The position numbers were made by a program, and so were the translations under genes. Under the pieces are notes generated by a model. The model was not told where the DNA came from. It made no database searches and worked only from the letters and a program-made list of their open reading frames with translations. Shown in pieces: positions 41,686 through 52,183 of a DNA stretch of 64,000 nt. Origin of the DNA: Corynebacterium sp. (GTDB lineage Bacteria; Actinomycetota; Actinomycetes; Mycobacteriales; Mycobacteriaceae); the NCBI RefSeq assembly GCF_030532965.1, contig NZ_JAUNKC010000007.1, positions 50,046 to 114,045 on the forward strand, read 5' to 3'. Each line of letters opens with the position of its first letter. The first letter of the stretch is position 1.

Positions 41686-42414
41686 CTATAGCAGACTAGC
41701 CGCACATAATGCCGCCGGGTAGATCAGCATGATTATTGGATGTGGCCAGGTCGAAGTCTCACCAAGGTTCTCGGTTCGATAGTGGAGGAAAATAACACCG
41801 ACCGCAGGGCTGATGCCGAAAGAAGCACCAACGAGTGCGGCTGTCATCATCATGGTGTTTTCCCGGCCATGAAGGTAGTGGAAAATGAGGAAAAGGGCGA
41901 TGAGTACCACGCCGGTGTAGACGAAACTCAATCGCAGCCCAATGTTAAACAGAACCGCCCACATCAGCGCGGCCACTACCACCGCAGCCATGGCGGCGAC
42001 ATAGCTGGTACGCGGCTTGGTTTTAAGGTGAGTATCGGCGGCCGCGATGATGAAACATAAAACGGTCGCCCAGATAAAGTTCTGGCTTTTCATGTCGATA
42101 AACGTTCCGCTGATGGCGAGGTCATAGGCAATTTCGGTGATGATGCTTAGCCCGACCAAAACGCCCAATAACCGCAAGCTCAGGCCGAAGCGTTGAAAAC
42201 TTGTGAAGAGCAGGAAGGCCACGATTGGCAGTGCCGCCCAACTGACGAGTTCGATGAGGATGACGGCGGTGAGCGTCGAAAAGCTAGCGGCGGAAACGTC
42301 GGCGACGGTGTGCTTTTCCGCAACGATCGCGCATACCTGCGCCAGCAAAAACACGCCGGTGAGCACGAAGTAGGCCGGAATTTTAAAGCCAGATGGTGAA
42401 GCGGTATTGGTCAT
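41686..42414 (-). CDS. Integral membrane protein (7-8 TM), family unknown.
   Basis: 242 aa, almost entirely hydrophobic helices. Confidence 0.5.
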   Translation of the reverse strand: MTNTASPSGFKIPAYFVLTGVFLLAQVCAIVAEKHTVADVSAASFSTLTAVILIELVSWAALPIVAFLLFTSFQRFGLSLRLLGVLVGLSIITEIAYDLAISGTFIDMKSQNFIWATVLCFIIAAADTHLKTKPRTSYVAAMAAVVVAALMWAVLFNIGLRLSFVYTGVVLIALFLIFHYLHGRENTMMMTAALVGASFGISPAVGVIFLHYRTENLGETSTWPHPIIMLIYPAALCAASLL

Positions 42415-42492
42415 GATGAGTAGTTATTCTAAGCCACGGCACGAAAATGGGGCATCCACTTAAGATGCCCCATGAGTACAAACGTTGTACCT

Positions 42493-43374
42493 TTATCCCT
42501 TCACGGATCCGGCCATCGATTCTTGGTAGTAGCGCTGCATGACGATGAACAGGATGACGATCGGAATGGACACGCAGACCGCACCGGCGGCGAACCGGGC
42601 GAACCAGTCGTGGATGTATTCCTTTTCCAGCATCTTCCACAGACCCAACGACACCGTGTAGTTATCTTGGGTGCGGGCGATGGCTTTCGCCAAAACGAAG
42701 TCCAGCCACGGGGTGAGGAACCCGATGATGGCCTGGTAGACGATCATTGGCTTCGCGATTGGCAGAATAATCAGCCGGAATACCTGCCACCGGGTGCAGC
42801 CATCCAGATAGGCGGCTTCATCCAGCGACATCGGGATGGTATCCATGTATCCCTTCATCACATAGAAGGTCATGCCGGAACCGGCCGAGTACACGATAAT
42901 CAGAGCGATATTCGTAAGCCCGCCACCGGTAAGACCCAGTGCCTTGAGGATGAAGTAGATAGCGACAACGGCCATGATGCTGGGGAACATGCCCAGGATC
43001 AGCGCGATGTTCATGTATATCTTGCGGAAGCGGAATCGCATCCGGGACAGGCAGAACGACACGATCAATACGAAGGTCACCGAGATCAGGCAGGTGAAGA
43101 TCGCAATGATGAGGGTGTTCATGAACATCTTGGGGAAGTTCAGAACGGAGGTTTCTGTGAATAGCTGTTTGTAGTTATTCAGGCTGTACTCCCGAGGGAA
43201 GAACGTGGGCTGGTAGGGTGCGGTGGATTTATTGAAGCTTTCCAAAACCACCCACACGATCGGCATCACCCAGATGATCGCCAGCACGCCGAGGAATAAG
43301 TGGGTGGCGAAGTCCGCGACCCGACGGGCGGTGCGTTGATTATGCATTTTTTCGCTGCGTGCGGTTCCGGTCAC
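42493..43374 (-). CDS. Carbohydrate ABC transporter permease (MalG-like).
   Basis: EAA-loop region AAYLDGCTRWQVFRLIILP. 6 TM. Confidence 0.8.
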   Translation of the reverse strand: MTGTARSEKMHNQRTARRVADFATHLFLGVLAIIWVMPIVWVVLESFNKSTAPYQPTFFPREYSLNNYKQLFTETSVLNFPKMFMNTLIIAIFTCLISVTFVLIVSFCLSRMRFRFRKIYMNIALILGMFPSIMAVVAIYFILKALGLTGGGLTNIALIIVYSAGSGMTFYVMKGYMDTIPMSLDEAAYLDGCTRWQVFRLIILPIAKPMIVYQAIIGFLTPWLDFVLAKAIARTQDNYTVSLGLWKMLEKEYIHDWFARFAAGAVCVSIPIVILFIVMQRYYQESMAGSVKG

Positions 43375-44777
43375 TGGAATCCCTCCTCATTGCGGTACGA
43401 GCCGGAGCGACGATAGGTGATGAGGGCAACCACGCTGAGCACGATGAACGTCAAGATACCGATGACGGCACCGACGTTGTAGTCGCCCTTGTCCACGGTG
43501 AGCTTATACAGCCAGGTAATCAGCAAGTCCGTTTGGCCCGCCGATGCGCCAACCGGGGTGGGGTCACCACCGGAAAGCATGTAGATAACGTTGAAGTTAT
43601 TAACGTTGGCGGTAAACGTCGTGATCAGATACGGCGTCATGACGAACAGCATGTACGGCATGGTGACGTAGCGGTAAGTCTGCCACCACGAAGCGCCATC
43701 TAGGCGGGCGGCCTCGTACAGTTCGCCCGGGATATTCTGCAAGATTCCGGTGACCTGCATGATGGTGTATGGGATACCGATCCACAGGTTAATGACGATA
43801 ACGGTGACTCGGGCCCAGGTTGCATCGGTAAAGAACGGCAGCGGGGTGTCCGTCAGGCCGATTTCCATCAGCAATCGGTTGACCGCGCCTTGCGGTTGCA
43901 GCATCGAACGCAGCACCAAGAGGGAGGCGAATTGCGGCACCGCGATCGAGAGCGAGAAGATCGCGCGCCATACCCCTTTGCCCCAGGTGGTTTTGCGGTT
44001 AATGAGCATGGCCAAGAACATGCCCATGAAGTAGTTAAGGAAGGTGGCAAAGAACGCCCACACCAAGGTCCAGGTCAAAACGCCTAAGAACAGCTGAAGG
44101 TTGACAGTTCCGCCTTCATTGGAGAACACCTTGCCGAAGTTCTCCAGGCCGACCCACTTGAAATAGAGGGTGTTTTTGGAGTCGTAGCTGGTAAAAGCCA
44201 TCGAGATCATGAAGATCAATGGCAAAACCGTGAACATGAGAATGCCCAGCGTCGGCAGCGACATGAGCAGGATATGCGCATCGGAATCGGTAAGCGCCTT
44301 AAGATCCTCAATGAATGTCCTAGCGCGGCCGGTGTTATTCACCTGCACCTGGGCTTTATAGGCGCTTCGGAAGGATACCGTGGCGAACCAGATAAAGGCG
44401 ATGATGAGGGCAATCGCGGCCACGCCATGGAGCAACACAACGACCGATGGGTCGGATTGGGTATAGACCCAGAATCCGTTCACTTTCTCACGGGTTTGTT
44501 CGCCGTTGCCGCCGAGTTCGGGAAGCGCCGCGATTTTGGAAAAGCCGATAGTGATAAACCACGCGATGCTCACGATTTCGATGGCGAGAAACAGCAAACC
44601 CTTGAGGTACTGCTTGCGGACTATGTTTCCCAGGCCAAAGATAACTGCGGAAAGCTTGGTATAAAGGTCGCCGTTCATCCGGGCGGGCCCCATGCCGTAA
44701 TCAGCTTTCAGCGTGCAACATTGGTCGCGTTCCAGTGGGTTTGGCACAGTGTTTTTATTCACAACGCCCACCTTCAT
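43371..44777 (-). CDS. Carbohydrate ABC transporter permease (MalF-like, long N-terminal domain).
   Basis: 468 aa. EAA motif AARLDGASWWQTYRYVTMP. 4-nt overlap with the downstream permease. Confidence 0.8.
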   Translation of the reverse strand: MKVGVVNKNTVPNPLERDQCCTLKADYGMGPARMNGDLYTKLSAVIFGLGNIVRKQYLKGLLFLAIEIVSIAWFITIGFSKIAALPELGGNGEQTREKVNGFWVYTQSDPSVVVLLHGVAAIALIIAFIWFATVSFRSAYKAQVQVNNTGRARTFIEDLKALTDSDAHILLMSLPTLGILMFTVLPLIFMISMAFTSYDSKNTLYFKWVGLENFGKVFSNEGGTVNLQLFLGVLTWTLVWAFFATFLNYFMGMFLAMLINRKTTWGKGVWRAIFSLSIAVPQFASLLVLRSMLQPQGAVNRLLMEIGLTDTPLPFFTDATWARVTVIVINLWIGIPYTIMQVTGILQNIPGELYEAARLDGASWWQTYRYVTMPYMLFVMTPYLITTFTANVNNFNVIYMLSGGDPTPVGASAGQTDLLITWLYKLTVDKGDYNVGAVIGILTFIVLSVVALITYRRSGSYRNEEGFQ

Positions 44778-44796
44778 GGACCTTCTCCTTTCTTGC

Positions 44797-44875
44797 GAGG
44801 AGCATTTAGCTTTTCGACGCTTCCCGCGCCGTCCGCAACCAGTGGCGACAAGCGTCGAAAAGCTAAGTGCTCCTC
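44797..44875. repeat. Long inverted repeat with 24-nt arms GAGGAGCATTTAGCTTTTCGACGC / GCGTCGAAAAGCTAAGTGCTCCTC (1 mismatch, 31-nt spacer) between malF-like and malE-like genes. It contains the dispersed GCGTCGAAAAGC motif.
   Basis: Arms at 44797-44820 and 44852-44875. Seen directly. Confidence 0.65.
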
Positions 44876-44986
44876 TACGAAAATTTTTAAAACCCGAAGC
44901 GCCGTATCGTGGAAGTCACGGCGTTTCGGGCTAGTAGGTTGTAAGCCGCACGGGGCTTACACGATGCACAGCGGCGAATGCCTGGC

Positions 44987-46240
44987 TTACTTGTAGCTAG
45001 AGAACCATGCTTCGGTCTTCTCGTCTGCGTTATCAGCGGTTACTTCGCGGTTAACCAGAGCCTTACCGAAGTTTTCTGCTGGATCCCAGAAGTCGGACAT
45101 CGACTTGAAGGTTGGCTGCAGAATGGAAGCGTTAGCGACGGTATCGAACAGTGCTACTGCGACTGGGTCCTTGGAAATGGTGGCGTCGGTCGCCAGGCTC
45201 TTGTCAGCCGGAACAACACCGTTCTTTTCGTAGTGAACCTTCTGCGAATCAGCGGAAGCAAGGAACTCCGCGAACATAGCAGCTACCTGTGGCGACTGGG
45301 TGTTCGGGTTGTAGGCAACAGCCTTGGAGCCGGAGAAGGCCTTGATCTGAACGTCCTCACCATCGAGCTTGAAGGTAGGAAGCGAGGCAACACCCAAGTT
45401 GTCGCCGAGGGCCTGCTCAGCGTTCTTTGCGTCCCATGCGCCGGAGAATACAACGTCAACGTTGGTGCCCAGCGATCCCATGCCGGAACCTTCGACATCG
45501 TTGATGAAGTTCGGGTTCTCAACAACGCCAGCCAGGTACTTGGTCACAGCGGCTGCCTTGTCGCCTGCCTGAATGCCAGCGGACTCATCGAGACCATCAG
45601 CACCGAAGAAGGTAGCACCAGCGCCAGCGTAGAAGGCGCCCAGGTACCACGAGTTAGACATTGGGAAGGAAACCTTTGCCTTTTCCAGCATGGTGTCGAA
45701 GGACTTGACGTCTTCTTCGCTCAGCTTGGACTTGTCGTAGTACATGAACCAGGTGTTTGGCTCGTATGGCAGACCGTAGTAGCTGCCGTCGGTGTGCTTG
45801 ACGGAGTTAGCGAGGTTTTCCTCGGTCTGTTCTTTCAGTTGCTTTTCACCACTATCGGAAAGCTCGCCGATAGCACCAGAGGACAGCAGGGAGCCCAGCT
45901 GGTCATTGGCGAATAGGTACACGTCAGCGGCGGCGGACGGATCCTGGCTCACGGTGCTTTCCGCGTCTGCTGCGGAAACGACTGAGTTCTTCCAGGTGAT
46001 GTCAAGATCGGGGTTGGCTTCCTCGAACTTAGCCTGCATGGTCTGCAACCAGGCGTCGTTGTTGGTCTGATCTTCCTGAGAGGTCCACACGGTAAGAGTT
46101 ACAGAACCGGTAGCGTCGCCGCCACCAGAGGCGGACTCGGAGGAGTTGGAGCAAGCAACCAAGCTTACGGAACCAATGGTTGCCGCCATGATCGCGGCAA
46201 AAGCCTTCCGCTTCGTGAATGCCATAGTGAAATTCACCAC
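44987..46240 (-). CDS. Maltose/maltodextrin-type extracellular solute-binding lipoprotein.
   Basis: Lipobox SLVACSNS. SBP_bac_1 family. 417 aa. Confidence 0.8.
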   Translation of the reverse strand: MVNFTMAFTKRKAFAAIMAATIGSVSLVACSNSSESASGGGDATGSVTLTVWTSQEDQTNNDAWLQTMQAKFEEANPDLDITWKNSVVSAADAESTVSQDPSAAADVYLFANDQLGSLLSSGAIGELSDSGEKQLKEQTEENLANSVKHTDGSYYGLPYEPNTWFMYYDKSKLSEEDVKSFDTMLEKAKVSFPMSNSWYLGAFYAGAGATFFGADGLDESAGIQAGDKAAAVTKYLAGVVENPNFINDVEGSGMGSLGTNVDVVFSGAWDAKNAEQALGDNLGVASLPTFKLDGEDVQIKAFSGSKAVAYNPNTQSPQVAAMFAEFLASADSQKVHYEKNGVVPADKSLATDATISKDPVAVALFDTVANASILQPTFKSMSDFWDPAENFGKALVNREVTADNADEKTEAWFSSYK

Positions 46241-46838
46241 TTTCTATTCAACTGGGCCGCAGCGTCAGCGTCGAACCGACGGTGGTCGCGCCGCAGAAGT
46301 TTATTGCGGTGTGTGCGACCCAACGTATTTTGTTTTGTGAGCACTTTCGTTCTTTGGTGGGATCACGTTGGTTTCACAACGCTTCACCACAAAACCCAAA
46401 AGCATTCAAGCCTCATTGTCCGATTTAAGCACAGTGATAGCATCAACTAAAAACTGCGATTGCGATCTACAACACATCCCCTAACGGTTATCGACAAAAC
46501 CCCTTTTCACCCCGAATTTCCATGAAAAATGTCACACCCGGTTAGCCCCTTTTGCGCCGCAGAAATCCCCCTTCCCCACAGTTGTTTCCCACCTAAAACC
46601 AAACGAAAAAGGCAAACCAAAACCACGCAAATCAATAGAACTTTTGCTTTTTCAAAAGCGTCGCCCACCATTGCACCCCCGTCTGGCGATTCGGGCAGGA
46701 AATTCCGGAAATTTTTCTGTTTTTTGCAGTTTTTACCCCGCCGAACACGCCCGAATTTTGCCCACTTCAACACGGAAAAGAATAATTCACACCAGTTCAT
46801 GTGGTGCCCTTCGCGGCGGCAACCTTAAGATCAAAACC

Positions 46839-48437
46839 ATGACCAATTTCCCATCACCGCGATTCCCCCTCCCAGACTGGTTGGAATCAGCGGTTTTCTA
46901 CGAGATCTATCCACAAAGCTTCTACGACACCAATGGCGATGGCATTGGTGACTTGCCCGGGATCACCGCGAAGCTGGATTACTTGAAAGAACTGGGTATC
47001 ACCGCACTGTGGTTGAACCCCATTTTCGACTCGCCGTTTAAAGACGCAGGTTACGACGTGCGCGACTACTACACCATCGCGGAGCGCTACGGCAACCATT
47101 CCGACTTTAAAGAGCTGCTCGTCCAAGCACACATGCGCGATATTCGGGTGCTGTTGGATCTTGTACCCGGGCATACCAGCGAACAACACCAGTGGTTTCA
47201 GCGCAGCGCCGAGGTGGAACCCAATGAGTTTTCTAACCGGTACATCTGGACTTCCCATGCCTTCGACAACGGGGCTGGCCTGCCGTTTATCGGCGGTGAA
47301 TACGACCGCAATGGCACCTATATTTTGAATTTCTTCAAATCCCAACCCGCCCTCAATTACGGGTTCAACCACAAGGATCGCCCCTGGCAACAGGACATTT
47401 CCGCAGCAGGCCCACTAGAAAACCGCAAGGCGATGGCAGAGGTCATGCGCTACTGGTTGTCCTTGGGCTGCGACGGTTTCCGGGTAGACATGGCCGATTC
47501 CTTGGTCAAGTTCGATGGCGAGGACAAACCGTGCACGATCACCGTCTGGCAGGACATTTTCGCCCAGGTGCGGACGGACTTCCCCGAAGCTGCTTTCGTC
47601 TCCGAATGGGGCAAACCGTGGCAGGCGTTGGACGCGGGTTTCGACATGGACTTCTATCTCGACTGGCCCCGCAATGGCTATAACCTCTTGCTACGCGATA
47701 CCGATGACCACTTCGGTGGCACCGATACCAGCTATTTTGCCACGGACTCCGACACCCCAGCCGATGTATTCTTCGACTGCTATCTCCCGCAGGAATCGGC
47801 AGCCCGCGAGCGCGGCGGGTTCTTTTCCCTGATTTCGGGAAATCACGACACCCCACGGGTAGCTCCCCGACTATCGGAGGAGGAACGGAAGCTGTTCTTC
47901 CTCTTCTTGCTCACCATGCCAGGCGTGCCGTTTATCTATTACGGCGATGAAATTGGGATGCGGTACCTGGATGTGCCGACCACCGAGGGCGGCTATGCCC
48001 GCACCGGTTCCCGCAGCCCCATGCAGTGGGACAGCGAGGCGGAGAACTTCGGCTTCTCCACCGCCGATGCTGAGCAGTTGTATATTCCGGTCGATCCGGA
48101 CCCGGCAGCGCCTAGCGTCGACAAGCAAATCGGCGTGCCGGAAAGCATGCTAGAAACGGTCCGGGACTTTATCAGCTTGCGCCGCAAGCACAAGGCGCTG
48201 CAGGCGTCAGGCGGTTTCGAGCGGTTAAGCACCGTTAATCCACGGTGCATGGCTTATCGACGCTGGACGGACGCGCAAGAAATCACCATCATCATCAACC
48301 CCGGCAATACGCAATTGACCGAGCCCGCATCGCGCGGCTGGCCGACCGCCGCAATTGGTGGCGCGACGATCGACGATACGGTTGTGACGTTGCCGCCGAC
48401 CTCGGCGATCGTTATCAGCCACAACCATTCGGCTTAA
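46839..48437 (+). CDS. GH13 alpha-glucosidase (oligo-1,6-glucosidase/trehalose-6-P hydrolase-like).
   Basis: Start MTNFPSPRF... GH13 regions AVFYEIYPQSF, GFRVDMAD, the catalytic nucleophile region, and NHD. Confidence 0.8.
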   Translation: MTNFPSPRFPLPDWLESAVFYEIYPQSFYDTNGDGIGDLPGITAKLDYLKELGITALWLNPIFDSPFKDAGYDVRDYYTIAERYGNHSDFKELLVQAHMRDIRVLLDLVPGHTSEQHQWFQRSAEVEPNEFSNRYIWTSHAFDNGAGLPFIGGEYDRNGTYILNFFKSQPALNYGFNHKDRPWQQDISAAGPLENRKAMAEVMRYWLSLGCDGFRVDMADSLVKFDGEDKPCTITVWQDIFAQVRTDFPEAAFVSEWGKPWQALDAGFDMDFYLDWPRNGYNLLLRDTDDHFGGTDTSYFATDSDTPADVFFDCYLPQESAARERGGFFSLISGNHDTPRVAPRLSEEERKLFFLFLLTMPGVPFIYYGDEIGMRYLDVPTTEGGYARTGSRSPMQWDSEAENFGFSTADAEQLYIPVDPDPAAPSVDKQIGVPESMLETVRDFISLRRKHKALQASGGFERLSTVNPRCMAYRRWTDAQEITIIINPGNTQLTEPASRGWPTAAIGGATIDDTVVTLPPTSAIVISHNHSA

Positions 48438-50353
48438 GCGGAGATTTGCTCCAGCACAACGAGCCGCAGCGGCGGAACGACGAATTCGTGGCTTAATGCA
48501 ATATCCACGGGTTCGTCGGATACCGAGCCGTCGTTGATATGCACGCGGTACTTACCGGCGGTTACCGGGTGCGACCAGTGATTGCAATTGGCGTTGACCA
48601 GGACGATCGCATCGCGATTCTTGCCAAAACCGTCAGTCACCCGGAAGCTTAAGTGCAGGCCTTCGGCGTGAACCAAGTGCGAGGAGGACTTGATCTGTTC
48701 GTAGTCCGACTGACGCATCCACTGATACTTCTGTCGGAAGCGATTGAGGTCGCGCACGAATTTCGTTTCGTTAGCGAAGGTGGCCGCGCGGTCGTAATCG
48801 AAGCAGTTGATCGAGTCTGGGCTTCGGTACGAATTCTCGTCACCGTACTTGGTGCGAAGGAATTCCTGACCGGCATGGAGGAACAAGATACCCCGCCCCA
48901 CGTACTGCAAGCTAGTCGCCAACGTGTGGCGCTTGGCAATGTCATCGTCGCTGGCCCACACCAGGGTGCGAGTGCCCCGCAGCTTATCAAACATGGTCCA
49001 GTTATCGTGCGCTTCGTTGTAGATAACGGACTGCGCCGCCTCCAAATAACCGCGGTTCGCTGGCGCGCCGAGCAGGGCGTCGAAAAGCGCACCGGCGCTC
49101 GACTGGGCGCAGTCCATGGCACCGGCACAACCCGAGACGAAGCCGGGGTCGGAAGCCGTGAAATTGGACCCCTTGACAATATCGCGGTAGAAGTCGTTGA
49201 ACATGCCTACCCGTGGCATGAGATGCCCATTGCCCTGGTGCGCGCCCAGAACGCCTTCCGGGTGATTGCCCATGGCCCACCCTTCGCCGATCACGATGAT
49301 GCCCGGATCGATCTCATCCAGCGCGGCACGCACCGCATTCATGGTGTCCACATCGTGGATTCCCATGAGGTCGAAGCGGAAACCATCAAGGCCGAAGGTC
49401 TTGGCCCAGTACACCACCGAATCCACGATGTATTTACGCATCATGAGCTGCTCGGACGCGGTTTCGTTACCGCAGCCGGTGGCGTTGTGGAAGTTACCGT
49501 CCGCGTCCATCCGGAAATAATAGCCCGGCACGGTGCGCTGCAGCGGCGAGTTTTCGGTCTCGTAAACATGGTTGTACACCACGTCCATGATTACCCGCAG
49601 CCCACGGGAATGCAGGGCATCGACCATCTGCTTGAATTCGGCCACCCGTGACACAGGGTTCGCCGGGTCGGTGGCGTAGGAGCCTTCCGGCACGTTGTAA
49701 TGCACCGGGTCGTAGCCCCAGTTGTATTGGGAATCGAAGGAGAGATCCCCCACCTCGTCCACGGAACCGAAATCGAAAATCGGCAGCAACTGCACGTGGG
49801 TGATTCCCAAGCCGGACAGATAATCCAAGCCCGAGGGGTTATTGTGGCTGGTGCGGGTGCCTGGCTCGGTGAGCCCCAAAAACTTACCCTTGTGGGTGAT
49901 GCCGTTTTCGGGCGAGATCGTCAGATCCCGCACGTGCGCTTCGTAGATGATGGCGTCAGAGGCGTGCTCGAAGCTAGGTAGCCGGTGCGCCTGCCCGATA
50001 AGCTTGTCGACGTTTATAACGACGCCGCGCTCACCGTTTGCGGTGACGGACCGGGCGTAGGGGTCGACCGATTCCACGCGTTTTCCGTCCGGGAACGTCA
50101 ACTGGTAGGTGTATTCCACCAGATCCGTGTCACCGGAAACGAACAATTCCCACTGCCCACGATCGCCGCGCGTCATGAGGTAGGAGCCGATGGCCGGACC
50201 GGTGTGCAGAATCAGTTCCACGGATTGTGCGGTGGGCGCCCACAACCGGAACGTGGTGCCCGCTTCAGCGTGGATGGCACCGAGTTCGCCATCAAAGAAA
50301 AACCGCTCGTTAAACTCAGCGGAATGCAAATCCACATGACTATAGGTTTGCAT
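48434..50353 (-). CDS. GH13 pullulanase-type debranching enzyme (CBM48 N-terminus).
   Basis: YNWGYDP motif. GFRFDLMG. 639 aa. Confidence 0.8.
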   Translation of the reverse strand: MQTYSHVDLHSAEFNERFFFDGELGAIHAEAGTTFRLWAPTAQSVELILHTGPAIGSYLMTRGDRGQWELFVSGDTDLVEYTYQLTFPDGKRVESVDPYARSVTANGERGVVINVDKLIGQAHRLPSFEHASDAIIYEAHVRDLTISPENGITHKGKFLGLTEPGTRTSHNNPSGLDYLSGLGITHVQLLPIFDFGSVDEVGDLSFDSQYNWGYDPVHYNVPEGSYATDPANPVSRVAEFKQMVDALHSRGLRVIMDVVYNHVYETENSPLQRTVPGYYFRMDADGNFHNATGCGNETASEQLMMRKYIVDSVVYWAKTFGLDGFRFDLMGIHDVDTMNAVRAALDEIDPGIIVIGEGWAMGNHPEGVLGAHQGNGHLMPRVGMFNDFYRDIVKGSNFTASDPGFVSGCAGAMDCAQSSAGALFDALLGAPANRGYLEAAQSVIYNEAHDNWTMFDKLRGTRTLVWASDDDIAKRHTLATSLQYVGRGILFLHAGQEFLRTKYGDENSYRSPDSINCFDYDRAATFANETKFVRDLNRFRQKYQWMRQSDYEQIKSSSHLVHAEGLHLSFRVTDGFGKNRDAIVLVNANCNHWSHPVTAGKYRVHINDGSVSDEPVDIALSHEFVVPPLRLVVLEQISA

Positions 50354-50610
50354 GCTGAATCCTTCCCTTCATACCTAATTCTTACGTCTTGCCCAGCTTA
50401 ACGCCGGGCCAGGTTCCACCATTAACCGCAGATGAACAGTGTTAAATTCGCGAAATCTGCCCTGGAAACCTGAATCTGTCTGATGTTTATCATTTGCAGA
50501 CTACTACACAAGGTCTTTTGAGTGACAAACCAACTACCGACAAAAACCCGATTATTTTATACCGGTTTTTCCTATAAAAAATAAAAACCCACGTTGCCGC
50601 GCACTTTCCC

Positions 50611-50665
50611 GAGCACAAAACAGCACAAACCCCGCGTTATCTGTGAAAAATCAGACAACGCGGGG
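50611..50665 (-). terminator. Rho-independent terminator downstream of msiK.
   Basis: Stem CCCCGCGTT/AACGCGGGG (9 bp) followed on the minus strand by TTTGTGCTGTTTTGTGC. Confidence 0.5.
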
Positions 50666-50819
50666 TCGTGTCCGGGAAAGCCAATCCAGGCGGCCGATCC
50701 AGGGTCAGGTCACGTCACACCGTGCAACGTCCACGTCACGTAACGTCCAGTTAGACAACCGAAGTTACATGACTATACATAAGCCATTTTTCCAGTTAGC
50801 CCCTGACGATCACTAGTTA

Positions 50820-51920
50820 CTAGCTGGGCAGCCGATTGGTGGTAGCTGCGGAGAAGTTATGCTGCCCACCTTCAGTGACCTGAACGTGAACAACGGTTCC
50901 TGGCTCCGGCGCGATATTCGGCAGCGCCCGCACGACGATCTGCTGCCGTTCGCCCTCAACACCGGTGATGTGCCCGTAGAGGTAGGAATCGGAACCGAGC
51001 TCCTCCACGAAATCGAGCTTCATCGGAATGGTATTGGTACCAGCTTCCACCAATTCCAGGGATTCCGGCCGGAAACCGATGATGATCTTTCCGCCGTCCT
51101 CGGCGGTAACCGCATTGCGTGTTACTTCCGAGACTGGGATGCGGGCATCGCCCAGGGTCGCTACACCGTCAGCACCTAAATCGAAGGTGAAAATGTTCAT
51201 GGCTGGCGAACCGATGAATCCGGCGACGAAGACGTTGGTCGGCTCGTCGTAAAGCTCCCGAGGTGCGCCTACCTGCTGCAAATAACCATCTTTCAACACC
51301 GCGATCCGATCCCCCATGGTCAGCGCTTCCGTCTGGTCGTGGGTGACGTACAGGGTTGTGACGCCGAGTTCCCGCTGCAAGGACGCAATCTGGGTGCGGG
51401 TTTGCACGCGAAGCTTCGCGTCCAAGTTGGACAACGGCTCGTCCATCAAGAACACCTGCGGCTTACGCACGATAGCGCGACCCATGGCAACACGCTGACG
51501 CTGACCACCGGAGAGCGCTTTCGGCTTACGGTCGAGGTACGGAACCAGATCCAGCGTCAACGCCGCAGCCTCAACTCGCTTGTTGATTTCTTCGGCATTT
51601 ACGCCAGCAATCTTGAGCGCAAAGCCCATGTTTTCCCGCACGGTCATGTGGGGATACAGCGCGTAGTTCTGGAACACCATGGCGATGTCGCGTTCCTTAG
51701 GCGGCGCGGCGGTGACGTCTTTATCGCCGATCAAGATGCGGCCGGACGTCACATCCTCCAGGCCAGCCAGCATGCGCAAAGTGGTGGATTTACCGCAACC
51801 AGAAGGCCCAACCAGAACCAGGAATTCACCGTCTGCGATTTCCAGGTCGAACTTATTAACGGTTGGTGCTTTTGCCCCGGGATAGACCAGAGTGGCGGCT
51901 TCGTAGGTGACAGATGCCAT
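50820..51920 (-). CDS. Sugar ABC transporter ATP-binding protein (MalK/MsiK family).
   Basis: [18 protein letters not shown]-terminal TOBE regulatory domain. 366 aa. Confidence 0.85.
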   Translation of the reverse strand: MASVTYEAATLVYPGAKAPTVNKFDLEIADGEFLVLVGPSGCGKSTTLRMLAGLEDVTSGRILIGDKDVTAAPPKERDIAMVFQNYALYPHMTVRENMGFALKIAGVNAEEINKRVEAAALTLDLVPYLDRKPKALSGGQRQRVAMGRAIVRKPQVFLMDEPLSNLDAKLRVQTRTQIASLQRELGVTTLYVTHDQTEALTMGDRIAVLKDGYLQQVGAPRELYDEPTNVFVAGFIGSPAMNIFTFDLGADGVATLGDARIPVSEVTRNAVTAEDGGKIIIGFRPESLELVEAGTNTIPMKLDFVEELGSDSYLYGHITGVEGERQQIVVRALPNIAPEPGTVVHVQVTEGGQHNFSAATTNRLPS

Positions 51921-52183
51921 GTCGTTTTCTCCTCCATCGGCAGGTACGTGCCGAACGATCCGTAGTGGGAACTATCTGGGAACGTGCAATCGTTTGCTAA
52001 TCAACGACTGCCCTAATCACTAAAGCTAGCACCCTGTTTCCCGCTTCCGCCAATTTCAGATCACAGCACCCCACCCCGTGTAATCCAGGCCACTTATCGC
52101 CCCAATTTCTAGCTATCCGTATATAGGGAACTCAGGTATATTTGGAACTATCTGTCCGAACCACACACCTGATTGCGACCATA

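Noticed and set aside
46507-46828. 97- and 99-aa ORFs in the malE/alpha-glucosidase divergent intergenic region
   Set aside because: The region is A-rich promoter DNA. The products are basic low-complexity strings (KKQKNFRNF..., KTKRKRQTKTTQ) with no RBS.
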